From assembly GCF_009914755.1 (NCBI RefSeq), contig NC_060932.1: DNA of 64,000 nucleotides, one strand, 5' to 3'. Of the stretch, positions 1 through 17,749 are shown one piece after another. The stretch is from the human T2T-CHM13v2.0 reference genome, Homo sapiens. Within the stretch, counting starts at the first letter, position 1; the number at the start of each line of letters is the position of its first letter. The notes under the pieces are model-generated. The model saw nothing but the letters and a program-made list of their open reading frames with translations. It was not told the DNA's origin and made no database searches. Made by a program: the position numbers and the translations under genes.

Positions 1-182
1 CTCAGGTAATGTCACGTCATCATTGGTATATGGTTAGTGTGTTGGTCAGCAGGCCCAGGGTTAAGAGGGTAATAAAGTGAAATCACATGGCCAGGCCAGA
101 TTTATGAGGAGAGCTGAGAGAGCTCCTGTTAGTGGTCGGGGCTGGGTTTAACTATGTGGTTGGCATGTGTTTGGTGGGTCAT
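1..182 (-). pseudogene. COX3: NUMT: 5' part of mitochondrial COX3, running off the window edge
   Basis: Reverse complement reads ATG ACC CAC CAA ACA CAT GCC...CCC AGC...ACA GGA GCT CTC TCA GCT CTC...ACC ATA TAC CAA TGA TGA CGT GAC, matching the COX3 N-terminus in the mitochondrial code. It carries indels, and the ATG overlaps the ATP6 TAA as in mtDNA. Confidence 0.93.
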
Positions 183-855
183 TATGTGTTGTTGTGTAGG
201 TAAAGGCTTACTAATTGTGTAAAGACATAGTAATAAGGGCTATGGTGAATTCGAGGATGGTTTGTAAGATTAGGATGATGAGAGCGATTGAAGCTGTGGG
301 AAGACTGAGTTGATAATACTAGTGTGGCTCCTCAAATTAAACGCATTAGTAGGTGTCCAGCTGTAATGCTGGCTGTTAATCGCATAGCTAGTGCCATTGG
401 TTGAATGAATAGGCTAACAGTTTCAATGATCACTAGCACAGGGATAAGTGGTACAGGTGTGCTTGAGGTAAAAAGTGAGCTAAGGAAGCTTTCATCTTAA
501 AGCAGAAGCCTGTAACTACTGCGCCACCTCATAGGGGGATTGCTATTCCTAGATTTATTGATAACTGGGTAGTTGGTGTAAATGAATGGTGTGGAAGCCT
601 GAGGAGATTGGTTGAAGCAATGAAGAGAAATAGGGAGATCAGTATAAGGGATCAGGTTCGCCGTTTAACATTATGGATTATTTTTATTTGTTTTAGTACA
701 AGGTGAATTAGTCACTGTTGAATGGAAGTCAGTCGGTTACTGATTAGATGACTGGAGGTTGGAAATAGTATGGTGGGAAATAAAATGATTAATACTACTG
801 CGGGTAGGCCTAGAATTATTGGGGTAATAAAAGAGGTGAATAGATTTTCATTCTT
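182..855 (-). pseudogene. ATP6: NUMT: mitochondrial ATP6 pseudogene (near full length, indels, disrupted start codon)
   Basis: Reverse complement encodes [54 protein letters not shown] and VSLYLHNNT-stop. The start codon has lost its T (AAAAGAAT instead of AAAATGAAT). Confidence 0.95.
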
Positions 856-903
856 TTAATTCTCAAGGGGTTTTATGTTTTTGCATTTTGATTATTTTTG
901 GGT
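810..903 (-). pseudogene. ATP8: NUMT: 3' portion of mitochondrial ATP8 (overlaps ATP6 start); right NUMT junction
   Basis: CCA AAA ATA ATC AAA ATG CAA AAA CAT AAA ACC CCT TGA GAA TTA AAA resembles the ATP8 C-terminal PWE.KW motif, in mtDNA gene order. Confidence 0.8.
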
Positions 904-1306
904 TATTTTGGGTCTCTTGCAATAGAGAAGGAAGGAGGCAAACAGAATAGGAGAGGGCAATTTGTACAGAGAGGGAAAATTCACCTGAGGGCTAAAATAA
1001 ATGTAATCCCTAATTACTACACTGAAAGCATGGCAGAAATTCTATAGCCCTTCCATGGCTTATATAAACTATACTTTAAAAATAGCTATATCTTTTTTAA
1101 AAAGAGAAATGCTCAATGAAAGGGCAACTCCAAATGCCTTGTAATAGAAAACTGTTCTCAAACAAAATGAGAGCACTTTGCTGAGTCAGAATGTGGTGTT
1201 TCTTACATTTTGTTTTCATTTGGGCCCAGCCCCAAACTGTGATTTGCTTATCAAGATCACGAGTGATGGAGACTAGAAGCCAGGTTTACATTAAAGATTG
1301 ATGTTG

Positions 1307-1574
1307 GGGCCAGGGGTGGTGGCTCATGCGTGTAATCCCAGCACTCACTTGAGTCCAGGGGTTTGAGACCAGCCAGGCCAATATGGTGAAACCCTGTTTC
1401 TATTAAAAATACAAAAATTAGCTGGGCATGGTCGTTCATGCCTGTAATACCAGAAAACTCAAGAGGCTGAGGTAGGAGGATCACCTGAGCCCCGGAGGCA
1501 GAGGTTGCAGTGAGCCAAGATTGCACCACTGCACTCCGGCATGGGTGACAGAGCAAGACTCTTAAAAAAAAAAA
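1307..1574 (+). mobile_element. Alu (AluJ/S-like) with a ~25-bp deletion in the left arm
   Basis: Alu body and poly(A); TSD AAAGATTGATGTTG at 1293-1306 and 1575-1588. Confidence 0.93.
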
Positions 1575-2556
1575 AAAGATTGATGTTGAGATGCCATAAT
1601 TATTGAGACTTGGAAAGAAAACCTTCAGGTGGTAGCTAAGAATGTGGTAGTTTTATAATATTGGGCTATTTCAAATTTTCTGTAAATCAATTTATTTCTT
1701 AAAAAGGATTTGACCAAAACTACCTTGATAGTTTTAGGCAGCATAGCATCCCTCTTCAAAAGGACTTTGTGCAAATGAAATAATACACTGGCAAATGAAA
1801 ATATACCTTGTGGAAGAATCTTCCAAGGCTTATTGCCTATGCGATGGAGAAGGAAATATAGACAGACATTTAATATCAGAGCAAAATGTTTGTTTACAGG
1901 AAATCAGATCTTATGAACCTCTGAAAGAAGCTGACTAGATGATCAGGGTTGCTCTTTACTGGGGGACAGGTAAGACCACTTCTAAACTTCAAATGTATCT
2001 AATTTTGTGAGCTCCTTCAGAAGTTATAGGGGTCTTATCATCATTTTTATGTGGTGTATGGTAAGGAGATACTGATAAAGAATTGTCAAGTTTTATAAAC
2101 ATCCTTGCTATAAATAATCACATCAAATCAAGTTTACATCTGAAAGTATTATTATAAAGTGAAAAACCATGTAACCACACCTAGGTCAAGAAGCAAAACA
2201 TCACTAGAAAGCTTCCCTATGCCCTTCCCCCTAGGCACACTCTCCTTTGTCATCCCTAAAGAAGATGATTCTCCTGATTATTATAGCAATTGCTTTTTTG
2301 TGTGTGTACTCTGTGTAGTGTTGTTTTTATTATTATTATTATTATTATTATATTACACTTTAAGTTTTAGGGTACATGTGCACAATGTGCAGGTTAGTTA
2401 CATATGTATACATGTGCCATGCTGGTGTGCTGCACCCATTAACTCATCATTTAGCATTAGGTATATCTCCTAATGCTATCCCTCCCCACTCCCCCCACCC
2501 CACAACAGTCCCCAGAGTGTGATGTTCCCCTTCCTGTGTCCATGTGTTCTCATTGT

Positions 2557-6374
<3,818 letters not shown>

Positions 6375-6437
6375 TATGATGCTAGCTGGTTATTTTGCTC
6401 GTTAGTTAATGCAGTTTCTTCCTAGTCTCTATGGTCT

Positions 6438-7450
6438 TTACATTTTGGCATGATTTTGCAGCGGCTGGTACTGGTTGTGCCTTTCCATGTTTAGTGCTTC
6501 CTTCAGGAGCTCTTGTAGGGCAGGCCTGGTGGTGACAAAATCTCTCAGCATTTGCTTGTCTGTAAAGGATTTCATTTCTCCTTCACTTATGAAGCTTAGT
6601 TTGGCTGGATATGAAATTCTGGGTTGAAAATTCTTTTCTTTAAGAATGTTGAAGATTGGCCCCCACTCTCTTCTGGCTTGTAGAGTTTCTGCCGAGAGAT
6701 CCGCTGTTAGTCTGATGGGCTTCCCTTTGTGGGTAACCCGACCTTTCTCTCTGGCTGCCCTTAACATTTTTTCCTTCATTTCAACTTTGGTGAATCTGAC
6801 AATTACGTGTCTTGGAGTTGCTCTTCTCGAGGAGTATCTTTGCGGCGTTCTCTGTATTTCCTGAATCTGAATGTTGGCCTGCCTTGCTAGATTGGGGAAG
6901 TTCTCCTGGATAATATCCTGCAGAGTGTTTTCCATCTTGGTTCCATTCTCCCCGTCACTTTCAGGTACAACAATCAGGACGCAGATTTGGTCTTTTCACG
7001 TAGTCCCATATTTCTTGGAGGCTTTGTTTGTTTCTTTTTATTCTTTTTTCTCTAAACTTCCCTTCTTGCTTCATTTATTTCATCTTCCATCACTGATACC
7101 CTTTCTTCCAGTTGATCGCATTGGCTCCTGAGGCTTCTGCATTCTTCATGTAGTTCTCGAGCCTTGGCTTTCAGCTCCATCAGCTCCTTTAAGCACTTCT
7201 CTATATTGGTTATTCTAGTTATACATTTGTCTAAATTTTTTTCAAAGTTTTCAACTTCTTTGCCTTTGGTTTGAATTTCCTCCTGTAGCTCAGAGTAGTT
7301 TGATCGTCTGAAGCCTTCTTCTCTCAACTCGTCAAAGTCATTCTCCGTCCAGCTTTGCTCCATTGCTGGTGAGGAACTGTGTTCCTTTGGAGGAGGAGGG
7401 GCGCTCTGCTTTTTAGAGTTTCCAGTTTTTCTGCTCTGTTTTTTCCCCAT
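6438..7450 (-). pseudogene. L1 ORF1p (RNA-binding chaperone), frameshifted near 7070 and 6975
   Basis: ORF track 7052..7450 (MGKKQSRKTGNSKKQS...) and 6438..6935 (...ARREWGPIF...YPAKLSF...QNHAKM). Confidence 0.95.
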
Positions 7451-8487
7451 CTTTGTGGTTTTATCTACTTTTGGTCTTTGATGATGGTGATGTACAGATG
7501 GGTTTTTGGTGTGGATGTCCTTTCTGTTTGTTAGTTTTCCTTCTAACAGACAGGACCCTCAGCTGCAGGTCTGTTGGAGTTTGCTAGAGGTCCACTCCAG
7601 ACCCTGTTTGCCTGGGTATCAGCAGTGGTGTCTGCAGAACTGCGGATTTTCGTGATCCATGAATGCTGCTGTCTGATCGTTCCTCTGGAAGTTTTGTCTC
7701 AGAGGAGTACCTGGCCGTGTGAGGTGTCAGTCTGCCCCTGCTCGGGGGTGCCTCCCCATTAGGCTGCTCGGGGGTCAGGGGTCAGGGACCCACTTGAGGA
7801 GGCAGTCTGCCCGTTCTCAGATCTCCAGCTGCATGCTGGGAGAACTGCTGCTCTCCTCAAAGCTGTCAGACAGGGACATTTTAGTCTGCAGAGGTTACTG
7901 CTGTCTTTTTGTTTGTCTGTGCCCTGCCCCCAGAGGTGGAGACTACAGAGGCAGGCAGGCCTCCTTGAGCTGTGGTGGGCTCCACCCAGTTCGAGCTTCC
8001 CGGCTGCTTTGTTTACCTAAGCGAGCCTGGGCAATGGCGGGCGCCCCTCCCCCAGCCTTGCTGCCACCTTGCAGTTTGATCTCAGACTGCTGTGCTAGCA
8101 ATCAGCGAGACTCCGTGGGTGTAGGACCTTCCGAGCCAGGTGCGGGATATAATCTCCTGGTGCACCGTTTCCTAAGCCCATTGGAAAAGTGCAGTATTCG
8201 GGTGGGAGTGGCCTGATTTTCCAGGTGCCGTCTGTCACCCCTTTCCTTGACCAGGAAAGGGAACTCCCTGACCCCTTGCGCTTCCCGAGTGAGGCAATGC
8301 CTCGCCCTGCTTCGGCTGGCGCACAGTGTGCTGCACCCACTGTCCTGCGCCCACTGTCTGGCACTCCCCAGTGAGATGAACCCAGTACCTCAGATGGAAA
8401 TGCAGAAATCACCCGTCTTCTGCGTCGCTCACGCTGGGAGCTGTAGACTGGAGCTGTTCCTATTCGGCCATCTTGGCTCCTCCCCCC
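7451..8487 (-). promoter_or_regulatory. L1 5' UTR: internal sense promoter (YY1 site CAAGATGGC) and antisense promoter
   Basis: YY1 motif at ~8468-8476; GC-rich UTR with partly retained CpGs. Confidence 0.85.
8034..8216 (+). pseudogene. L1 antisense ORF0, truncated to 60 aa
   Basis: GCAATGG start; MAGAPPPALLPPCSLISDCCASNQRDSVGVGPSEPGAGYNLLVHRFLSPLEKCSIRVGVA-stop matches primate ORF0 (normally ~71 aa). Confidence 0.85.
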
Positions 8488-8599
8488 AGTGTTGATTGTT
8501 AAGTGTTTTTAAACGTTATCATCTACCCTTTGATGCTTTTTCTCAACAATCTTTAATTTTTGGGAATTGATCTTTTATGTTCTATTTTTTGCCTCCATT

Positions 8600-10300
<1,701 letters not shown>

Positions 10301-11659
10301 GCCTTATATATTTGGCTCTCTTTAATTATGTGTGGACATCACATTTTAAAAGTTATTTGTAGAAATAATTTGAGACCTACAATGGTGGTATCTTTCAGAG
10401 AAGACTTGTTTTCTGGGGCCACTAGCTATCTGAAATCACCTTAAACTAATTTTAGGATGTGAGATTTTTCTGGACCATTGAGATGTTTCAAAGCAGGGAT
10501 ACTTATTTTTGGTCCACCCTCACTCCTAGAATGCAATCTTTTAGCATCCCAACCCAAAGCCTAGGCTGTCTGGCCTGATCCTCCACCCTGGCAATCCCTG
10601 TGAGGCTGACAAAATGGCTACTTCACATTTTAGCTGTCATTTTTAGGTCAGCAAACACCTCCAGAGCAAAAGTAGCTATAAACTTTGGATTTATCTCTCT
10701 GGATTTTCATCTTTTGGACTTTCACCCAGTAATTCTTATTACCTTGCTTGCTTTTTGATGTTTTAAAGAAAATATTTATTTTTATTGCAGATTTAGTTGT
10801 CTTGAATGGGAGTTTTGGTTCAAATCACCTAGTCTGCATTACTTAAGTAGTATTTTCTATGTTAAATAGTTTATTCTAGATCATAATATTAAAGTTTATA
10901 TATTGTAAAATTAATTTTAAATTCAGCCTTTGGTAATATGGAAAAACAAAATTTTCACTTTTCCTATTTAGCAAGTAACAATCGCTACTTAATTTAAGGG
11001 CAACAAAATTTGCTGACATATATTTTAAAATAACATTGTATTGAGCTTGATTGGGGGCCAAATGCATATTAAAATGTAGATGAAAATTAGTCTTCCTGTT
11101 ATGGCATCAAAAATAGACAAAGACTTCTTTCATGTTTTGATGTTTGGGATTCTTGAATTTTGCACTTAAAAAAGCAACACATTTACTTTCTTAAAAATAA
11201 CTTTTATGTCTAAACAAATACATTTTTCTCTAGATAATGAGCTAAGTGAGGTTTCAGACTCCTATTTATAAGCCCTTCTATACATTTATCATGTATATAA
11301 CTATATTACCAATAAAGAAAAAGAAGATATTTTCATAGTAATTCCTTTAAGTGTTTTTTTTTAATACTAGGCCCATCTTAAAATATTATATAGTATTTAA
11401 AAACCAGATTTGAGCAATTTATAAATCTGGTAAAAAAATTTCTTCAAAAGAATTTGCTGAATTATTATAATACTTAATATTAGCATGGTATTTTAACATC
11501 ATTGTACTTTAAGCTACCTGGTTTAAGGATTCATTATGGAATGAATGACATGATGTCAAAATGTAATTTTTTCAATTACACATACACAAATAATTGTATG
11601 TAAAAACACTAAGAGTAGCTGATAAATGCCGCAATCATCAAACAGCCAAAGCAAAGAGC

Positions 11660-12075
11660 TAGTAGTGCTCGCCTAAAACTGACTACGTTAGTCCATTTAT
11701 ATCTTTCTGTAAACTTGATGCTTTTACCATGCTTCTGTAAACTTGATGCTTCAACTTCCACCTTGCATGCACATGCTGGACATGTTCTGTGTTCTGGACA
11801 ACCATGTAAAAAGCCTGAATCATCTTAGCTTTGCTTCATGCCTCCCTGGTTGCCCAACTCCCCTCTGGAAGAATCCTCCTCCCTGGGGTTGCCTTCCAAA
11901 TACAAACCCGCCTAGCCAGAGTCTTGGTGATTCCCCGTGTGCTTCCCCTTATGGCCTAATAGATACTCCCTCTCTTGAGGTCTGTAATTATAATCAACTA
12001 TTGTTTCAATGGCAGCTGTCTCCTGATCTGTTGGCCTCACTTTACCTGAAAAATAATAAAACCTATCAAAACAAG
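11660..12075 (+). mobile_element. Probable old solo LTR (family unresolved)
   Basis: LTR-like composition with a TATA-like 'gtaaaaagcc' and a 3' AATAAA; ends poorly defined. Confidence 0.4.
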
Positions 12076-12518
12076 TATGAGCCAATGCTGATTTGGTAAG
12101 AATTTGAAAGCTCTAAAACTGTCCCATTTGAAGTAAAGAGTGTTTAAAGGTTTATGTTATTTTATTTTATAGCATTTAGCAATAGATGCCATCACCATGA
12201 GGAACAAACTGCAATCTGAAGAATGCCATGATGATACTTTGGAGGTTCTCATAGTGGAGAAATGCTCAGCTAGAGGGAAGTGCCTCTGCAAAAATCTGCC
12301 AGAGGAAAATAATAATTCATAGTCATTACTAAATACAGTAGTATGTCGAGTATAAAATATTTCTTAATCTTAGGTTTAACAAAGGAACTGACTTCAGAAA
12401 GATGGTAGAAACTAGATTTCTTCTGAAACCACATTTTGATAACAACAGTTATCAAACCCTGGCTAACTGAAATGAATTAGGAATGGCACAAGGCAATACT
12501 TTTAAGGACACATTTCTT

Positions 12519-12637
12519 TTTTTTTTTAATTTTCAAGGTGTATGTTTCCTTTTTTTAAAATTTTATTATTATTATACTTTAAGTTTTAGCAGACACTTCT
12601 CAAAAGAAGACATTTATGCAGCCAAAAGACACATGAA
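12519..12637 (-). mobile_element. Minimal L1PA insertion: ~50-bp inverted ORF2 piece, ~30-bp L1 3' end, putative 22-bp 3' transduction, poly(A)
   Basis: TSD AAGGACACATTTCTT (12504-12518) / AAGGACGCTTTTCTT (12638-12652). L1 tail 'attattatactttaagttttag' is joined to the opposite-strand 'cagacacttctcaaaagaagacatttatgcagcc'. Confidence 0.85.
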
Positions 12638-12674
12638 AAGGACGCTTTTCTTAAGAGCATCAGGAATCATTTTC

Positions 12675-13095
12675 CTGGAGGACGTTATATTAAGTGAAAT
12701 AAGCCAGGCACAAAAAGACAAATACTGCATGCTCTCACTTATATGTGGAATCTAAAAAAGTTGAATTCATAAAGCACAGAGTAGAATGGTAGTTACTAGG
12801 AGCTGGGGGTGGGTTGGGGTGGGTGGATGGAGAGATGTTGGTCAAAAGATACAAAATTTAGTTAGGAGAAATAGTTCAAAAGATCTATTGTACAATGTGA
12901 TGACTACAGTTAATAACAATGTATTGTATTCCTGAAAATTGCTTAGAGAGGAGATGTTAAGTGTTCTCACTACAAAAAATGATAAGCATGCAAGGTAACA
13001 CATATGTTAATTAGCTTAAATGAGCCATTTCTCAAAACATCTTGTTGTATATGATCTCTGTATAATTTTTTGTCAATTAAAAATAATTTTTAAAA
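12675..13095 (+). mobile_element. L1MA-type 3' end fragment
   Basis: 'ctggaggacgttatattaagtgaaataagccaggcacaaaaagacaaatactgcatg...ctcacttatatgtggaatctaaaaaagttga' through an A-rich tail. Confidence 0.85.
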
Positions 13096-14169
13096 AGAGC
13101 CATTTTCTCTTAGTAGCCAAGTCAAATAGTATCAAATGGTGTCTTGTGTTAAAAGGGTACAAGTGAGAGGCAGTGTTTATACCACATGAATGTCTGCTGA
13201 TACCAATTTAGATACGTTTTTAATAGTTCTAGTTGAATATAACAAAAAATGTTTTCTCAAAGAACCTCATTTTGTAAGAACAAAGGTTCACAAGAGAAGG
13301 TTATGAATACTTTTTCATAAATGCAGAAGCTAAGATCGCAATATTAATCAAATATTTTTATATAACTGAATAAGGTCTAATACTTCAGAACTTTGTCAAA
13401 ACACTACTCTTTATGGAGAACAGCAAAGCTCTGGGCATATGTGTACATGCATGTATATAATAAAATCTTGAGCATTTCCTGTAATTGCTGAAAATGGAAA
13501 GAACTATTACAAGACATCTGTGACATAATTTACAGTTGAGTACAAATCCTCATTTGTAATATCAGATGTCTTGATTATGCCTTTATAAATGCCACATAAA
13601 TAATGTGTAGTAGAATAGCTGTGCTGGCACATGCAATGTACATTTAAACATCTCTTAAAAGCTAATTTCTCACTTGGCAGAACTCTCTAGCTCAACGGTA
13701 ATATCACAAACAGCAACCCACACATCCTTTTGAAATGCTTAACCCTGCTATAGATACACACTTTTAAAAACAACATAGAAAATACTTATTTTCAAACTTT
13801 CTTGATAGTGACCAAATCTCAGTCTAAGAAGCTCCAGTATTGTTCAGGTTCTTTGACAGCACTGGAAACATTCAGTATCAAGTATTTATTGAAACAACCT
13901 ATCAGCTGGCTGAGGTTTAGAAATATGCCACACAGAATTGTTTTGGCAAAGCAATGGTCATGGCTAATGGGAAATGATCCATACTTTTAAGCACTTTTAA
14001 ATCAAGGTTAGTAACATTCTAAAAATTGTGGGTTTTTTGAAGATAATGTACAAATTATTTTAAACTTGAGGATCTGTGAAAATATAAATCATTTGATACA
14101 TCACATATCTTTTTCAAGAATTGGAAAACTCATTATTCGGTCTATTTTGTCTCTGAGTTAAATAGCTTG

Positions 14170-14890
14170 ATTGTACCATATGTTGGCAAGGGAGTAGCGA
14201 AATAGGAATTTTCATACATTTCTGGTGGGAGTGTGAACTGACAAAACCTCTATGGAGGGCAATTTGAAACACATCTATAAAAGAAAGTACATATCCTCTT
14301 TGGCCAAAAAATTCTATTTCTGAGAACTTATTCTACTTGTACATATGTGAAACAACTTTCTATCATGTTCTTCCTTGCAACAATGTTTATAACAGCATAA
14401 GATTTGAAATCTAATATCAGTAGAAGACTGGTTAAGGAAATCTGGTATATCTATGGCAATAGAAGAACATGCAGTTGTAAAAAGGAAGAAGCTTTTTAGA
14501 TTTTGTTATGGATTATCATAGACATCTTAAGTGAAGAAGGCAAGTAGTAAAACTGTGTGTATAGTTTGTTATAATTTATGAAAAAAGGGAGAAGACAAAT
14601 ATATCTATAGATACACATTAATATATAGGGATATATAAGTATAATTAACATATTAATGTATTATGTATATACCTACAAATTTATGCAGAGGTACATATTT
14701 GTGTCTATCTGTTATCTTCTTGGATTTGTGTAGAATACCTCTGTAAGAAGCTAGTAACACTGCTTGCCTCTGCAAAAGGAATTGGGTGACTGGAGAAGAG
14801 GAATAGGAGGGGGTCTTAAAAATTGTATATCCTTTGAACATCTTGAATTTTCAACATCAATGCATTGTTACCTATTCAAAAATAAATACG
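14170..14890 (+). mobile_element. Old L1ME-type 3' fragment
   Basis: 'tgttggcaaggga...ggtgggagtgtgaactgacaaaacctctatggagggcaatttg' and downstream L1M 3' UTR-like sequence. Confidence 0.65.
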
Positions 14891-16824
14891 TCCAACTTTT
14901 TATAAGTCCATTTGAGCCCTACATATGTCAGGACACAAAGGAGTTACTCATTGGCAGAGTAACTGATGTGCTGAGAATGAAGCACCCTAAATGTTTACTT
15001 CCCTTAAAATAGAAACAAAAGCTGATGTCTACTAAAAGGCTTCCTTCCTGTCCCTCATATCTCATCAAGTCCTGCATGAAGGCATGATTTATGACAGTTC
15101 ACTGCCAGATCTTAGAGAAATATAAATAAAACCAAAATTGGAACACAACTGCTGAACTTGGAGAGTTGGAATGAGGTCAGGTTAGCGCCTCGACCGGATG
15201 TCAGGAAATTATAGCTTCATTTCTGCTGCAAGAGTAGCAGTGACTCATGTTCCCCAGCAGAAACTGAGACAAAGTCCATCATAAATACCGCATGTCATTT
15301 CTGAACCTGCTTGGGAGCTGTGAGAATTAAATGAGCTAACATTTTATAAATAATTTGGAACCCCTTGATAGAAAAGTGTTACATAAGAAGAGTTTTATAA
15401 TTCTGTGCTTTCTCTATCTTCCTTAAAAAGAAAAACAAAAAACAAAAAACGAACCCAAAAGCCAATGGTCTCATTATAAGCAAGAAGCTAAGTGTGACAA
15501 AAATGATTTTTGTGTGGCCATACTGAAAAGAAATAAGTTCCTATTTTTGAGGTTCAATCTGGCCTATTACTTTAAGAAAATGCTTTTGGTTCCAAAGGTC
15601 ATTTTGTTTTTAGGAATAATCCTTCTATATAGTACAAGAATTATATTCTTGAAATGTTTCCAAATTAAGTACAGGAGGTTACTTTCAGCTTTCAGTAACA
15701 TACATGTATTCTTTACCTCCCAAGTGGAGAAGGATGCAGGGTTTGTCCCAAACTGTTTTAATTTTAACAATTTTTTTTTTTTACAAAATTCTTTGAAGTG
15801 AAACATTTAGGAATGTATTTAACTTCTCATTAAATTACAAACACATTTATTATATAAAGAGATCTGTACTTTATTATATTTCTTTCAGGGTTATGATTTT
15901 CTAAGTGGAATGAAGAATGTCATTAAAAGGAAGACAGGATCTATATGTTTAAAATGGCTAAGTGGAACTCATAGTCCCTAAAGCATGTCCATAGATTTTT
16001 GTTGAAAAAAGTTGAAGACAGTTAACTGTGGATTCTTTGAATAGTATTGGGAACCCTCAGATCTATAATCAGTGTTTACTAAGTTTTCCTTTACAATCAC
16101 CTGGGGTTGTGGTAGTCCATATTTCGTAAGATAGTCTGAAAAAAGTACCCAGGCAAATTAGATTTTTCCCATCTACCTTCCTTTTGAGCCAAAACACTGA
16201 ATCACTCAGTGCTAGGTTATTTCTAAAACTTCTCTTTGCTAACCCCAGATCAAACTAAAACTGCAGTTCTGCAATAGTTTGGTTTTGCTTTGCTTTTGCC
16301 TCCACTCTCTTTCATAGGTCTCTATGGTGTCATTAACACTTTTTGTCCTTCTGATTAAAAAGCTTACATCTTTTTCAAAAAAGGTTTCCTCTGTATATGA
16401 GGCATGAAAGGCAGAATTTGTATGTGGAAAGGGTGTGTGAACAGTAATTTGATTGGAAAGGGTGAAATGATGTTGAGAAAATGTCAATTGTCAATTTCAA
16501 AATATGTCAGCTGGTGATGGAGGTTGTGTGGGGTTAAGGTAAAATAGAGCTACAACTTATTAACCTTGGGTTATCCTAATCAGATTGGTTTGTTGTTCCT
16601 CAAAACACTGGAGTGAATGAGAACATGTGTTTCAGTAAGGAAACCAGAATCTGAGAACAGATTGTGTAAGAGAATAACAAAGATCTTCAAGGACTCGAAA
16701 AAATAGAAGGAACACATCTGGTTGTGGCAGTTAGCAAAAGCTTTCTGATGAGCTAGTGTCCGAGACTGGCCCTTCTGCCTGGTAAAGAAGGAAGCGGTGG
16801 TTATTCCCAAAGATGTGGCAATAA

Positions 16825-17135
16825 CAGCTCACCCTCGCCTCCTTCAGACCTTTGCTCAAATGCCACATTTTTAATGATGTCTTCTTCCCTGACCGTTCAT
16901 TCCATTTAAAATTACATTGCGTCCCTTACCTTTTTCCCTGCTTTACGTTTCCCTACAACCATGACCATCTGATATACCATATTTTTTACTTATTTGTTTT
17001 TTGTTAATCTCTCTCCACCACAATATGAAGTTTCTTGAGGACAGGGATTGTTGGTTGTGTTTCCTGCTGTATCCCTCAGCATCCAGAACAGTGCCTGGCA
17101 CAGAGTCCCTTAATAAACATTTGTGGAATTTGTTT
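16825..17135 (-). mobile_element. L2 fragment
   Basis: 'ccttcagacctttgctcaaatgccac...ccagaacagtgcctggcacagag...aataaacatttgtggaat'. Confidence 0.75.
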
Positions 17136-17176
17136 CTACATTTGTACATACAACGCTCAGAGACTGGGAAACATAG

Positions 17177-17527
<351 letters not shown>

Positions 17528-17749
17528 ACGTTTTTTTTTTTTTTCTTTTTCTTTTTTTGCTCTGGATGACCTAATAACTCTCTCTGAGCTCCTTGTCTGA
17601 AGTCCAGTTTCTACTCATGGTTGTGTCCTCACAATACCATGTGTGATTCATCCAATGCCCAACATAGAGTATTCCATTTAGATCTGTTTGTGGAATGAGT
17701 ATGCTTGTTAAGTTCTCAGTCTGTGTTAGATTTTCTAAAATATAAACTA

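Noticed and set aside
1-903. True mitochondrial DNA or contamination
   Set aside because: Indels, a lost start codon and direct continuity with Alu/L1-bearing nuclear DNA show it is a NUMT.
1179-1188. Perfect NRF2/MAF element TGCTGAGTCA
   Set aside because: An isolated 10-mer with no supporting context or visible target gene.
12519-12637. Neighbouring full-length L1 as the source of the mini-insertion (local hop)
   Set aside because: The ~50-bp piece is identical to it, but that is expected within a subfamily, and the putative transduced 22-mer does not match that L1's 3' flank (~2290-2323).
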